Shown here: in pieces, positions 42,650-52,817 of the stretch | Layout: each line of letters opens with the position of its first letter | Numbering within the stretch: the first letter of the stretch is position 1 | The notes under the pieces: model-generated | Databases searched by the model: none | Seen by the model: only the letters and a program-made list of their open reading frames with translations | What the model was told of the DNA's origin: nothing | NCBI GenBank assembly: GCA_001002285.1 | Contig: LCLX01000004.1 | Span: 6,885-70,884 of the forward strand | Source of the DNA: Microgenomates group bacterium GW2011_GWC1_46_15 | GTDB lineage: Bacteria; Patescibacteriota; Microgenomatia; UBA1400; UBA12028 | Direction of reading: 5' to 3' | DNA: 64,000 nt | Made by a program: the position numbers and the translations under genes

Positions 42650-43996
42650 TTAGTATTTCGATGAGAACATTCGTACAAGAATGCTTGAAAGCAACTTTGG
42701 ACTCACTTTCTTCCCCAACTTTTTACTTACCATGCCAATCAGGAATCCAATGACCTGTGTTTTTCCTGCTTTGTAATCCGCAACTGCTTTTGGTTGCTCT
42801 TCTAAAACCGCGGAAACGGCTGACTCTAACTCTTTTGGATCAACTTCGTCTTTTGTATATGTATTTGCCAATATTTCTAACACATGTTCCGTTTTAACCT
42901 GACGGATATCTAATTTTCTGTTGATAATCACGCTGGCAACTTGATTTGGCTCAAATCCTTTTCCTTTGGCGGCAGTAAACAATGTTTCCAGTGTTGATAA
43001 GGGGAACTCTGAACTACTGAGTAGCTGTGCAAACTCCGGTTTTATTCCCAAATCTTCGAGTTTTTTAATTTTTTCTTCTGGCAACATCGGCAGTTCTGCG
43101 CGTAGTTTTTCAACATATTTTGCATCAAACGTCATGGGTGGCAAATCAGGATCCGGAAAGTACCGATAGTCTTCTGCGTTCTCTTTTGACCGCTGAACAA
43201 TTGTTGTTCTTTTTTCCTCGTTCCATCCGCGCGTTTCCTGAGCGGGGATTTTTTTATCGTTCAACAACGCATCTTGCCGTGCAATCTCAAACGTAATTGC
43301 GTGTTCAAGAAAACGAAACGAATTGATATTTTTGACTTCGACTTTGTAGTTCGGCAGAACATTTGGATCATCGGCCAAAGAAATATTAGCCTCCAACCGC
43401 ATTGAGCCTTTTTCCATGTCGGCATCAGAAATTTCGAGTGTGCGGACAATTTCGTGGATTTGTTTCGCGTATGCCTTTGCATGTTCAGCAGAGTGAATAT
43501 CCGGCTCAGTCACAATTTCCACTAACGGTACACCAGAACGGTTGAAATCAATCAATGACACACGCTTACCATCAATCGTCGTGTGCTGAAGTTTTCCCGT
43601 ATCCTCTTCCAAATGCACGCGATGAATACGCACATCGCCAAGTTCAGTATGGACAACGCCGTTTTCGCACAACGGCTGATCGTACTGCGAAATCTGATAT
43701 CCTTTCGCAAGATCAGGGTAAAAATAGTGCTTCCGGTCGAACTTACTAAACAACGCAACCTTGCATCCCAGAGCGAGCCCGAGCTTGATTGTCCACTCAA
43801 CGGCTTTTTTATTCGCCACCGGCAAACCACCAGGCATTCCTAAACACACGGGGCACGTGTATGTATTGGGCGCGGGCGCGTGGAACGGGTCGTTGGCACA
43901 TCCACAAAACATTTTGGATGCCGTTTTTAACTCAACGTGAACTTCCATGCCGATGATTGGTGTACGCCTTGTGTGTTTTTGTGTTGGTTCAGCCAT
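42650..43996 (-). CDS. gatB: Asp/Glu-tRNA amidotransferase subunit B
   Basis: GatB core ([15 protein letters not shown]...CPVCLGMPG) plus C-terminal YqeY-like tail. Confidence 0.9.
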   Translation of the reverse strand: MAEPTQKHTRRTPIIGMEVHVELKTASKMFCGCANDPFHAPAPNTYTCPVCLGMPGGLPVANKKAVEWTIKLGLALGCKVALFSKFDRKHYFYPDLAKGYQISQYDQPLCENGVVHTELGDVRIHRVHLEEDTGKLQHTTIDGKRVSLIDFNRSGVPLVEIVTEPDIHSAEHAKAYAKQIHEIVRTLEISDADMEKGSMRLEANISLADDPNVLPNYKVEVKNINSFRFLEHAITFEIARQDALLNDKKIPAQETRGWNEEKRTTIVQRSKENAEDYRYFPDPDLPPMTFDAKYVEKLRAELPMLPEEKIKKLEDLGIKPEFAQLLSSSEFPLSTLETLFTAAKGKGFEPNQVASVIINRKLDIRQVKTEHVLEILANTYTKDEVDPKELESAVSAVLEEQPKAVADYKAGKTQVIGFLIGMVSKKLGKKVSPKLLSSILVRMFSSKY

Positions 43997-43997
43997 A

Positions 43998-45422
43998 TTA
44001 TTTATCTTTCTTCAGCCACGAGTTCCAATATGTGTTCTGTTCAAATGCATAACCTGCGCGCAACACAAGCCCTTCATTCCACTGTGCCGAAACAATGTTT
44101 AATCCAAGGTACAGATTTGTTTTTTTATCATGCCCGCACGGCACGTTTATTCCCGGTAAGCCGGTAATAGAGCTCGGTTCCTCGAGCATATCTTCCAATT
44201 CACCGAACATAGGGTTATCTTTGCTTGCGCCAAGTTTAAGCGCGTACCCTGGCGATGTTGGGGAAATCAATACGTCATACCTTGAAAACAACTGCCGGAA
44301 ATTTTGGATATACAAACTACGAACTTGCTGAGCCTTCACATAGTATTTGTCCGCATATCCTTTGGATAGCGTAAATGTGCCGAGCATAATGCGACGCTTT
44401 GCCTCGTCGCCAAAATGAGTTCGGTCATGTCCGTATCGAATACCGTCATACCGCGCTAAGTTACTGCTGACTTCTCCGCGCTGAACAACGGTGTACACGC
44501 CGATTGCATAATCAGGGGTAAGAATGGTGTTGTCTTTGAGCGTTTGAGAAAGTGGAACGCGGTCTACTATTGCGCCAAGTGATTGCAGTACTTCAGCGGC
44601 TTGTTCAACTGCTTTTGCTGCCGGCGTTCCCACTAACTTTTCATGGTCAATGTACGCGATACCAACGCGTACACCCTTTACACCGGTTTTTAACATTTTT
44701 GTGAAATCCGGAACTTGCACAGGAGAAGTTGTCGCATCGTACTTGTCCTGCCCCGCAATCACGTTTAACAGTATTGCAGCATCCTCAACTGTTTTTGTAA
44801 TCGGCCCAGGGCAGTCTAATGACGAACCCATCGCAACAACACCAGCACGGCTTACGCGCCCGTACGTTGGCTTGAGGCCGACAACGCCACACCACGCCGA
44901 AGGCTGGCGGATGGAGCCGGCTGTTTCCGATCCAATTGCCGCGATGCACATGTCTGCCGCAACCGCCGCCGCACTCCCACCGCTTGAACCACCTGGCAAA
45001 TGCTCTGGGTTTCGCGGATTTTTTGTTGGGCCGTAATCAGATGTTTCTGTGCTTGACCCGTGCGCCCACGCATCCATGTTTGTTTTTCCAAAGATCACAC
45101 CACCGGCTTTTTTAAGTTTAGATGTAACGGTGGACTCGTATGGAGGCATAAATCCATCGAGTACTTTTGATGATGCAGTTGTTGGCAAGCCAACGGTCAA
45201 AAAGTTATCCTTTACTGCAATGGGAACACCGCGCAATAAAGATAATGTACCTTTTTCTGCTGATTTCTCTGCATATTTATCCTGCGCAAGATATATATTC
45301 AATGCTGAGTTTTTTGAGGATACCGCAGAGTTCACATCGGCATACAACGCATCCAACGTTATTTCGTTATTGTGTAGTTTCCGAATAGCATCCGTCAGTG
45401 TTAGTGTGTTGAGTGTACCCAT
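43998..45422 (-). CDS. gatA: Asp/Glu-tRNA amidotransferase subunit A (amidase signature)
   Basis: Amidase signature [13 protein letters not shown]. Confidence 0.9.
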   Translation of the reverse strand: MGTLNTLTLTDAIRKLHNNEITLDALYADVNSAVSSKNSALNIYLAQDKYAEKSAEKGTLSLLRGVPIAVKDNFLTVGLPTTASSKVLDGFMPPYESTVTSKLKKAGGVIFGKTNMDAWAHGSSTETSDYGPTKNPRNPEHLPGGSSGGSAAAVAADMCIAAIGSETAGSIRQPSAWCGVVGLKPTYGRVSRAGVVAMGSSLDCPGPITKTVEDAAILLNVIAGQDKYDATTSPVQVPDFTKMLKTGVKGVRVGIAYIDHEKLVGTPAAKAVEQAAEVLQSLGAIVDRVPLSQTLKDNTILTPDYAIGVYTVVQRGEVSSNLARYDGIRYGHDRTHFGDEAKRRIMLGTFTLSKGYADKYYVKAQQVRSLYIQNFRQLFSRYDVLISPTSPGYALKLGASKDNPMFGELEDMLEEPSSITGLPGINVPCGHDKKTNLYLGLNIVSAQWNEGLVLRAGYAFEQNTYWNSWLKKDK

Positions 45423-45424
45423 TG

Positions 45425-45718
45425 TTATTCCTGATCTAAGATTTGTTCCACAACAATATATCCGTTGTGTGTATGCAGTGCATTCGCAAGCGCCTGCTCC
45501 TGCGTAAACATGCGATCGCGGTCTATACCATCATCGCGCAAGACATTTTGAAGCCCCGTCACCTGATGTGTTGGTTCAACAGTAGATGTATCAAGTTTTT
45601 TGAGTTGATCGACAACGCCTAATGTTGTGGTAAACCCGTCCGCCAGTTTTTTTTCTTCAGCACTCGTAATGGGAATGTTCGCAAGTTTGGCAATGTGCTG
45701 AACTACCGCTGTGCTCAT
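45425..45718 (-). CDS. gatC: Asp/Glu-tRNA amidotransferase subunit C
   Basis: Start trimmed to MSTAVVQHIAKLANIP. About 97 aa. This completes the gatCAB operon. Confidence 0.75.
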   Translation of the reverse strand: MSTAVVQHIAKLANIPITSAEEKKLADGFTTTLGVVDQLKKLDTSTVEPTHQVTGLQNVLRDDGIDRDRMFTQEQALANALHTHNGYIVVEQILDQE

Positions 45719-46187
45719 CACGGAAGTTTTGGTGTGTACCGGTACAGAAGATGTTTTTTTCATGTTTTCCTTATCATATAGCAAAAACTCAATCTTGACG
45801 ATTGGGCACAGTGTGTGGCATAAAGGAGAAATTGTTTCTGCCCTAGAAACGAGCTATGTGGGAAGACGACAACACACTCAGTACGAATTTACGTGGCGAA
45901 CAAAGCGGGAAGCTTTACGTCTGGCAAGCAACCGATGTGAACTGTGCTACGAACCATTTACAAAACAAAGACCTTTTGAGGCACATCACAGGATACCCCT
46001 TACACTCATGCGTTATCTTCCGGAATATTGTTATGAATATATTAATTCGCTAGCGAACTGCGAAATACTTTGTCATGACTGTCATCAAATTAAGGATAGG
46101 AAGGTATTAAGGTTGAGCGCACGTGAAACTATTTTTCTCGCACAAACAGTGTTCGCAACAATCGGAGTAGGTATTTATGTTGACTAG
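45711..46187 (+). CDS. HNH endonuclease with hydrophobic C-terminal tail (true start uncertain, probably 45813 or later)
   Basis: HNH motif CELCYEP...EAHHRIP...NCEILCHDCH. Ends with the hydrophobic segment ETIFLAQTVFATIGVGIYVD. The annotated 5' end overlaps the gatC start. Confidence 0.55.
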   Translation: MLITEVLVCTGTEDVFFMFSLSYSKNSILTIGHSVWHKGEIVSALETSYVGRRQHTQYEFTWRTKREALRLASNRCELCYEPFTKQRPFEAHHRIPLTLMRYLPEYCYEYINSLANCEILCHDCHQIKDRKVLRLSARETIFLAQTVFATIGVGIYVD

Positions 46188-46199
46188 TCGAAAAAAATC

Positions 46200-47111
46200 T
46201 TAAGTTTCTCCGCGTAACGCCTTAATGCGTTCTGCGATCGGTGGGTGGGTGTTAAACATATTCGCGAACCATCCCACCGCGGACTCCTGGTTTTTTAATG
46301 GATTGGTAATGTATAAATGTGCTGTTGCTTTATTCGCTGCCTCTAACGGTTCGGTATCTTTATTCAGCTTTTGTAATGCGCTAATCAACCCATTTGGATA
46401 TTTGGTAAGTGCTGTGCCAGAAGCGTCCGCCAAAAACTCCCTCCGTCTCGAGATTGCCAACTGGATAAGCTGGGCAATCAACGGAGAAAGCATGGCCAGC
46501 ACGATTCCAATGACGAAAAATACGGTCTGGAGCTGACCGCCATTATCGTTATTGCGATTTTTTCCTCCACCCCAGTACGACATGCGTAAAAACCAGTCTG
46601 CTAAAAGTGCGATAAGTCCAACCAAAACCGATACAATAGACATGAGACGAATATCGTAGTTGCGGATATGTGAAAGTTCGTGCGCAATCACACCTTCCAG
46701 TTCCGTCCGATTCATCCGGTTCAACAGCCCCGTTGTGGCGCAAATGACTGCGTGCTGGGGATCGCGCCCCGTTGCAAACGCGTTCATCGCGGTATCCTCA
46801 ATCACATACAATCTTGGTTTTGGAAGGCGGGCGGCCATCGCAAGGTTTTCGGTAACGGTATAGAACTTAAAATCTTTTTTGCGTGAAGCTGGGCGCGCAC
46901 CGGAAAGGCCTAAAATAATGGAGTCGGACGTGTAGTAACTCAAAAAACTGCCGATGCCGGAAAAAATCAGCGCAAACCCAACCATGTCTAATCCATATCC
47001 CATCCCTCGGGCGAACACGTACACCACCCCGGTAATGAACACGACAAACGCCACCATAATAAAGGCGCTCATTCGCTTGTTTCTGGAAACATTCTCGTAC
47101 ATGTTCACCAT
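46200..47111 (-). CDS. htpX: Zinc metalloprotease HtpX (M48)
   Basis: HELSHIRNYD (HExxH) plus N-terminal TM helices. Confidence 0.85.
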   Translation of the reverse strand: MVNMYENVSRNKRMSAFIMVAFVVFITGVVYVFARGMGYGLDMVGFALIFSGIGSFLSYYTSDSIILGLSGARPASRKKDFKFYTVTENLAMAARLPKPRLYVIEDTAMNAFATGRDPQHAVICATTGLLNRMNRTELEGVIAHELSHIRNYDIRLMSIVSVLVGLIALLADWFLRMSYWGGGKNRNNDNGGQLQTVFFVIGIVLAMLSPLIAQLIQLAISRRREFLADASGTALTKYPNGLISALQKLNKDTEPLEAANKATAHLYITNPLKNQESAVGWFANMFNTHPPIAERIKALRGET

Positions 47112-47133
47112 ATAAACATGGGGCTCGATAAAA

Positions 47134-47721
47134 TTAGAGTGAAACCTTTGTGTCTTTCATTTCGTCATCCGAAACTTCAAGATGTGAGCCAGACATCGGT
47201 GTTTCAATACCTTTTTCTGACTTGAACCCAAACAGATTTGCTACGAGTGAACTCGGGAACGTCATAAGCTTCATGTTATAGTCCTGCGTGAGATCAATAA
47301 CGGTTCTCCTGCTGTACATGAGTTTGTCTGCTGTATCCCGCAGTTCATCCATAAACGACGCAACCGTTTCGTTTGCCTTAAGTTGCGGATTGCTTTCCAC
47401 AACAATCTGAATTTTTGGAAGCATGTCTTGAATTGCCCGCGCAGCTTTTTCTGCAGAAGCAGCAGAGCCGGACTTTGTAGCCGCTGCAACTTGCTGTCGT
47501 GCCTTAGTGAGCATTTCAAAAATACCTTTTTCGTGTTTGAGATATCCTTTTACCGAAGCTTCAAGATTTGGGATAAGGCTGGTCTGCCTCTTGAGTTGAT
47601 TGCCGATTTCCTGAATTGCCGCGGTAATCTGCGTTTTGAGCACCTGAAGTGCGTTATACACCCCGATGATATAGAGCAAAACGATAGCTCCGACGATGAT
47701 AAGCACTGTTGAAATATTCAT
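47134..47721 (-). CDS. lemA: LemA-family membrane protein
   Basis: N-terminal TM helix plus LemA helical domain. The LemA-HtpX pairing is conserved. Confidence 0.8.
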   Translation of the reverse strand: MNISTVLIIVGAIVLLYIIGVYNALQVLKTQITAAIQEIGNQLKRQTSLIPNLEASVKGYLKHEKGIFEMLTKARQQVAAATKSGSAASAEKAARAIQDMLPKIQIVVESNPQLKANETVASFMDELRDTADKLMYSRRTVIDLTQDYNMKLMTFPSSLVANLFGFKSEKGIETPMSGSHLEVSDDEMKDTKVSL

Positions 47722-47807
47722 GCGGCCTCCTTATGTAGAATACTTTCAATAGTATCACTTCATAGAGCTTTCTGCAAAAGATCAATAGAAAATACTATAA
47801 TGGTCCT

Positions 47808-48818
47808 ATGTCAAAATCTTTTCCTTTCATCGAAGTTTCTGGAACATATAAAGATGTTGGGAATGCTATTGGCACCACATTCAGCAATAGTATCAAACAG
47901 AAAATTGAACACAGAAGAAAATCTATTTCACATTACGAAAATTATTTACGACAAACAAAGCCCTATTATGACGTTACCAAACAGTATTTCCCCCATCTCA
48001 TTGAAGAAATGGAAGCGATCGCTTTTTCTGCGAGTGTATCAAAGGAAGAATATTTCTTTATCAATAATCGAGAAGTCTATGACGTGTCCGAAGATCAGGA
48101 TAAGCGACACGCAGTAAACACAGACCATTGCACAATTGCAGTTAGTTTTGGAAGAAATGGGGCGGTAGTTGGTCATAACGAAGATTGGTCTTTGGACGCT
48201 ATGGATGAGCTATATGTCATGAAAGCGACCATTGGAAAAACCACATGTTTAGGTTTGCATTACGCAACTGCTGTTCCGGGAGTTTCTGCCGCATGTAATA
48301 ATTGGGGCTTAGTTCAGTGTATTAACGATCTTTATCAAACAAATCAAGTCGGTGTGCCAAAAAACTTTTTGGCCAGAGCAGTTTTAGAATGTACGTCTTT
48401 AGATGAGGCTGAACATATCATACGTAAAACTCCAAAGGCTTCAGGTTTTAATCATGTCTTAGTTCAGAATCAAGAAGTTAGAAATGTTGAAATTGCCGGA
48501 AGCAAAATAGCGGTCAATCGAGTTGTTGGCGATCCGTACGTCCACACAAATCATTATCTGTCTTCAGAAATGAAGGAGTTGGAAAAGTTTCATACGAAAA
48601 GTTCTGAGGCTCGATACAAAAGGACGAATGAACTTGTTGAAAATGGTATGACAAAAGGGGATATGGCTTTGTTGCTTTCTGATACCCAAAATCAGGAATT
48701 TCCCATTTGTAGATCAAATGAAACGATTGGTTCTTTGGTCTTGCTTCCTCAAAAACAAGAGGTCTGGATGTGTTATGGTCATCCCTGTGCCGGAGAGTAC
48801 ACAAAATACTTGCTATAA
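47808..48818 (+). CDS. Peptidase C45 / acyl-CoA:6-aminopenicillanic-acid acyltransferase family protein (Ntn hydrolase)
   Basis: DHCTIAV with the putative nucleophile Cys exposed after autoprocessing; 336 aa. AT-rich gene. Confidence 0.55.
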   Translation: MSKSFPFIEVSGTYKDVGNAIGTTFSNSIKQKIEHRRKSISHYENYLRQTKPYYDVTKQYFPHLIEEMEAIAFSASVSKEEYFFINNREVYDVSEDQDKRHAVNTDHCTIAVSFGRNGAVVGHNEDWSLDAMDELYVMKATIGKTTCLGLHYATAVPGVSAACNNWGLVQCINDLYQTNQVGVPKNFLARAVLECTSLDEAEHIIRKTPKASGFNHVLVQNQEVRNVEIAGSKIAVNRVVGDPYVHTNHYLSSEMKELEKFHTKSSEARYKRTNELVENGMTKGDMALLLSDTQNQEFPICRSNETIGSLVLLPQKQEVWMCYGHPCAGEYTKYLL

Positions 48819-48869
48819 GTACATCTCATTGACTCATCAATATATTGTGATATACAATACGACGCACGT

Positions 48870-49181
48870 ATGGCAATGCCAGAAACAGGACCCACCACAG
48901 AAGAGCTTGTTTTAAAACTGGGCACACGATTTGATGTACGAACTGCGGAAGAAGTTGCTTGTTTAAAACCAGATCCTGGATATTCCTACTTTATCGTATA
49001 TGAACAAAAGGGGGCACATTACCATGAGCTTGTGGTTTTGGATGGGAGCTTACGCAGGGCCACAACGTGGTATGGCGTTATGGAAAAATGTAGGCAGTTA
49101 AGGATTACTGGGGTTTTTAAAATTTCAACAAGCGATCTTAGAGCCGCTCTTCCTCCAAGAAACTTGCATGAGAGCGTGTAG
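48870..49181 (+). CDS. Hypothetical protein
   Basis: 103 aa, no recognisable motif. Confidence 0.35.
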   Translation: MAMPETGPTTEELVLKLGTRFDVRTAEEVACLKPDPGYSYFIVYEQKGAHYHELVVLDGSLRRATTWYGVMEKCRQLRITGVFKISTSDLRAALPPRNLHESV

Positions 49182-49210
49182 TGATACGTAGTTGTTTTAA
49201 TGTTTTTCCC

Positions 49211-49239
49211 TTGCCCCCGCTTCTTCCTCTTGGTACAAT
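49211..49239 (+). promoter_or_regulatory. Promoter TTGCCC-N17-TACAAT upstream of tRNA-Asp
   Basis: Sequence cttgcccccgcttcttcctcttggtacaat. The tRNA 5' end is 13 nt downstream of the -10 box. Confidence 0.4.
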
Positions 49240-49251
49240 ACGTCTGAATCT

Positions 49252-49327
49252 GGGCCCGTGGTGTAGTGGTTAACATGTCTCCCTGTCACGGAGAAGATCG
49301 TCGGTTCGAATCCGATCGGGCTCGCCA
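49252..49327 (+). tRNA. tRNA-Asp: tRNA-Asp (anticodon GUC), CCA encoded
   Basis: Acceptor GGGCCCG/CGGGCUC, anticodon stem UCUCC/GGAGA, loop CUGUCAC, T-loop UUCGAAU, 3' GCCA. Confidence 0.85.
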
Positions 49328-49343
49328 AGTGAACGAAGTGAAC

Positions 49344-49979
49344 ATGGCGAGTACCCTTGAGTTACTCGCGAATATTATGAAAAAGCAAAAAATCGAAGAG
49401 CAAGAACACTCCATCCGACGCATGCTTGTGCGCATTCGGTCAAACGAAACCCTCATGAGCGCCATTTTGGGCAGCCTGTTCTTTGTCATGTTGGCGCTTG
49501 TTTTGTCTGGTTTGTCGCGAAGTATCGGTGCACAACTCCATGATTTTTATTCAAAAAGCATTCTCGAAAAGTTTCAACCGGAAGTATTGAAATCTTTACC
49601 GACAACAGTCCGGCTCAATGCGTTGCCCCTGCGGTACATCGTCCAAAAAGGCGACTCAACATGGAAAATTGCCGAAGCATTTTATGGTTCCCCGTATAAC
49701 TACATTGATGTTGAAAAAGAAAATAATCTTGTCCCCGATCAGCAGTTGATTGAGGGAACTGTCCTGATGATTCCAAAGGCGGCAGTGCGGCCTCAACCAG
49801 TTGGGGATAAAAATCAGCTCAAAACCTACCGGACGACAGCAAGCGATACGTTGTGGAAACTTGCCCAACGTTTTTACAACAACGGATACGCTTGGACGAA
49901 AATTTATGATGCAAATAAAAAGATGATTAAAAATCCGAACGTTCTGGAGACAGGGACACTCCTCGTGATTCCGCAATAG
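49344..49979 (+). CDS. LysM-domain peptidoglycan-binding protein (membrane-anchored, two LysM repeats)
   Basis: Start trimmed to MASTLELL, because the ORF-track start at 49266 overlaps tRNA-Asp. Repeats: YIVQKGDSTWKIAEAFYG and YRTTASDTLWKLAQRFYNNGYAW. Confidence 0.65.
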   Translation: MASTLELLANIMKKQKIEEQEHSIRRMLVRIRSNETLMSAILGSLFFVMLALVLSGLSRSIGAQLHDFYSKSILEKFQPEVLKSLPTTVRLNALPLRYIVQKGDSTWKIAEAFYGSPYNYIDVEKENNLVPDQQLIEGTVLMIPKAAVRPQPVGDKNQLKTYRTTASDTLWKLAQRFYNNGYAWTKIYDANKKMIKNPNVLETGTLLVIPQ

Positions 49980-50025
49980 AGTTGGTATGATATGCCTGTG
50001 CGACAAAGGTATGCTGGAAGAAACG

Positions 50026-50096
50026 CGCGGGTGTGGTTCAATGGCAGAATGATTCCTTCCCAAGGAATAGACGGGGGTTCGATTCCCCTCACCCGC
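50026..50096 (+). tRNA. tRNA-Gly: tRNA-Gly (anticodon CCC)
   Basis: Acceptor GCGGGUG/CACCCGC, D-stem GUUC/GAAU, anticodon stem AUUCC/GGAAU, loop UUCCCAA, T-stem GGGGG/CCCCU. Confidence 0.8.
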
Positions 50097-50111
50097 TCAA
50101 AATGCATGCAT

Positions 50112-51353
50112 CTACACAATCTCAAACGACGGAAGCGGAAAGATAAAATGCCCGCCCGAGTTTAAATATTTTTTTTCGCGTTTCAGAAACTCATCCTTGA
50201 AAAACCAAGGAAGAACGAGCATGTAGTCAGGTTGTTTCTTTCGGGCTTGTTCTTCAGAAATAATAGGAATATTTAACGAAGCGATTCTCTTTCCCCATTT
50301 TTCGGGGTTTCGCTCAACGGCTGCGATAAATAACGTATTGTTGAGTCCGAAATATTGAAGAAGTGTGTTTCCGCGGGTTGACGCGCCGTACACAAAAACA
50401 GTTTTCCCCTTTTTTACCACACGCTGAATAAACGCTTTCAGCTTCTTTTTGTTTTTCTTCACTTGTTTTGCAAACACATCGTATGGTTTTTTTGTGTTGA
50501 GTTTTAGTTTATCTTCCTGTTGTAATAAGCGTTTAACCGAGTTATTGATTTTTCTTTTTCCCATACACGCAATATATGTCCTAAAACTTCCCCCATTCAT
50601 TGGACTTTTTTCAACGTGGAAAACTTCCAAATGATGTCTCGCCAAAAGATGATGAAGAGAATGAAGCGAGTAATATTCGAGGTGTTCGTGCACAATGTTG
50701 TCAAATGCGTGAAGTTCCAGCATTGATTTTAAGTAGTTTTGTTGGATAACAAACACACCATTTTCATCGAGAATCTTGGTAATGTCGGAGAGAAACGTGT
50801 TGGGATCATCCATGTCGTAGAAACAGGAAATAGCGGTAATAATGTTCGCTTTTTTCTTCCCCAAAGATTTTTTATATGCCCTGTAGGTAAAAAAATCATT
50901 GATAACAATATTAGCGTGGCGTTTTGCCTCTTTAGAGAGCTTTTTAATAGGTTCTATAGCAACCCGCGTTACCGATGATGGATAGTTTTGCAACAACGTT
51001 CCATCGTTTGCTCCAATATCAACCGCAAGAATTTTTCCTTTTTTCTTCTTCAGTGCTTTTAGTGCTTTCTGAACAATGTCTTTGAGTTCCATCTGCATCG
51101 TTTTATTAACGCCAGACTTGTACCCATAGTTATCGGTGTACAGCACCGACGGCGGTGTTGTGTGTTTAAGTTGTACAAGATGACAGTTTGAGCACAAAAC
51201 AAGGGTGAGTGGGTATGCCGCTGGTTTTCTTGCCGTAGTATGGAACTCCGATAAATAAATGTTCCCCAACGACAAAATCGTTGATAATGTTTTTCCACCG
51301 CATGAACGGCACATTTTTTGTATTGTCGCGGGTCGAGTCATTTGATGTATCAA
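50112..51353 (-). CDS. NDP-sugar C-methyltransferase (TylCIII-like; N-terminal Cys4 zinc domain plus SAM-MTase)
   Basis: CRSCGG...CSNCHL zinc ribbon, class I MTase motif LAVDIGANDG, Lys-rich. Low-GC gene. Confidence 0.6.
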   Translation of the reverse strand: MIHQMTRPATIQKMCRSCGGKTLSTILSLGNIYLSEFHTTARKPAAYPLTLVLCSNCHLVQLKHTTPPSVLYTDNYGYKSGVNKTMQMELKDIVQKALKALKKKKGKILAVDIGANDGTLLQNYPSSVTRVAIEPIKKLSKEAKRHANIVINDFFTYRAYKKSLGKKKANIITAISCFYDMDDPNTFLSDITKILDENGVFVIQQNYLKSMLELHAFDNIVHEHLEYYSLHSLHHLLARHHLEVFHVEKSPMNGGSFRTYIACMGKRKINNSVKRLLQQEDKLKLNTKKPYDVFAKQVKKNKKKLKAFIQRVVKKGKTVFVYGASTRGNTLLQYFGLNNTLFIAAVERNPEKWGKRIASLNIPIISEEQARKKQPDYMLVLPWFFKDEFLKREKKYLNSGGHFIFPLPSFEIV

Positions 51354-51400
51354 TTCTTTTCTAATAATGATCGGGCAAAAGTCATGATATCATACTTGGT

Positions 51401-52507
51401 ATGAAGATCGCTGTTTTCTATCATTTACGCTTTGGAGGAGCAAAACGTGTCGTTCAGGAACATGTAAAAGGACTGCGCGCGCTGGGTCACACTATTGATT
51501 TGTACTCAACCGAAAAAGAAGATGACATGTTTGATCCCGGCCTCTTTGCACACCACGAATATATATATCCTTTCTCGTTATCTCAAGGCACCATTCCTTT
51601 TTTTGGCAGAATGCAAAAAGATTTTGATGTGTTTTATCGTTTGCCCCTCCTTCATAAAAAAATTAGTCAGGATATTGATACACGCAGATATGATGTTGTG
51701 CTTGTCCACACCGATAGCTTCACGCAAGCGCCATTTCTTTTGCGGTATTTAAAAACAAACAACGTGTATTTTTGCCTGGAACCGCTCCGCATCGTCTATG
51801 AGTATTCATTGCGGCCGCCTGCCAATTTGGGGATTATAAATAGGTTGTATGAATACGTAACACGCTTTATACGAAAACGTATTGATCGAGAAAATGCACG
51901 AAGTGCGAAACACACGTTTGCAATCAGTCTTTTTGGGCGTGAGTACATGATCCACAGTTTTGACCTCTATCCAAAAATTTCGTATTTGGGTGTTGATGAA
52001 AAAGTATTTACTCCAATGAACGTAAAGAAGAAAAGACAAGTATTGTTTGTCGCTGAAAAAGAATATATTTACGGATACGATCTTATCCAAAAAGCAATGG
52101 CGCGTATTCCTAAACATAAACGGCCCCGCCTCGTTTTTGTGTTTGGAACAAAAAATGATCGGCGCATAACCGAAAAAGAATTGGTGAAGACGTACAACGA
52201 ATCAGTCGTTGTAGTGTCCTTAAGCCGGTATGATACCTTTGGCCTTGTTCCTTTGGAGGCAATGGCATGTGCCGTTCCTGTGATTGCGCTCAACGTTGCA
52301 GGCTATCGGGAAACCATGCTTTCCGGGCGCACGGGATTTTTAGTGGATTTTGATCCTCAAGAAATTGCGGATAGGATCATGTACCTGTTAGATAACCCCA
52401 AAATAGCCCACCAAATGGGTCAAAATGGCAGAACATGGGTTGAAAAGATTTGGACGTGGAAAAAACAGATCAAACATTTAGAGAAACTCCTGCTGGAAAC
52501 TGTATAA
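51401..52507 (+). CDS. Glycosyltransferase family 4 (GT-B)
   Basis: N-terminal GxGG-like motif HLRFGGAKR, C-terminal EX7E-like region (VPLEAMACAVPVIA). Confidence 0.8.
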   Translation: MKIAVFYHLRFGGAKRVVQEHVKGLRALGHTIDLYSTEKEDDMFDPGLFAHHEYIYPFSLSQGTIPFFGRMQKDFDVFYRLPLLHKKISQDIDTRRYDVVLVHTDSFTQAPFLLRYLKTNNVYFCLEPLRIVYEYSLRPPANLGIINRLYEYVTRFIRKRIDRENARSAKHTFAISLFGREYMIHSFDLYPKISYLGVDEKVFTPMNVKKKRQVLFVAEKEYIYGYDLIQKAMARIPKHKRPRLVFVFGTKNDRRITEKELVKTYNESVVVVSLSRYDTFGLVPLEAMACAVPVIALNVAGYRETMLSGRTGFLVDFDPQEIADRIMYLLDNPKIAHQMGQNGRTWVEKIWTWKKQIKHLEKLLLETV

Positions 52508-52520
52508 TAGGAAGGCTTAT

Positions 52521-52721
52521 ATGATGAATGAAACAGCGCTTAGTTCACTCTCAACAATGACGCGTGAAAGGCTTGTTGCTGTGGTGGGGAAAAAGGGCCC
52601 CTTTTCGTCTATCGCAGAACGCATTGTAGAGCTTATTGATGGAGGAATGGACACGGGAAAAGCTGCGGAACAGGCAATCCGTGAGCAGTCCGATAGGGAC
52701 GCCGAAGCCCCCCTAGCTTAG
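52521..52721 (+). CDS. Small hypothetical protein (doubtful; 3' end overlaps tRNA-Thr by 15 nt)
   Basis: 66 aa with an AGGAAGG RBS. The stop codon lies inside the tRNA acceptor stem. Confidence 0.2.
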   Translation: MMNETALSSLSTMTRERLVAVVGKKGPFSSIAERIVELIDGGMDTGKAAEQAIREQSDRDAEAPLA

Positions 52722-52777
52722 TGGTAAAGCAGCGGTATCGTAAACCGCGGACGACAGTTCGATTCTGTCGGGGGGCT
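52707..52777 (+). tRNA. tRNA-Thr: tRNA-Thr (anticodon CGU)
   Basis: Acceptor GCCCCCC/GGGGGGC, D-stem GCUU/AAGC, anticodon stem GCGGU/ACCGC, loop AUCGUAA, T-stem GACAG/CUGUC. Confidence 0.8.
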
Positions 52778-52817
52778 CACGAAACATTACCCGTTGGAGT
52801 AGAATAAAAGCAGATCT

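Noticed and set aside
49266-49343. 5' portion of ORF 49266-49979 (MVNMSPCHGEDRR...)
   Set aside because: It overlaps the well-folded tRNA-Asp gene at 49252-49327, so the protein most likely starts at MASTLELL (49344).
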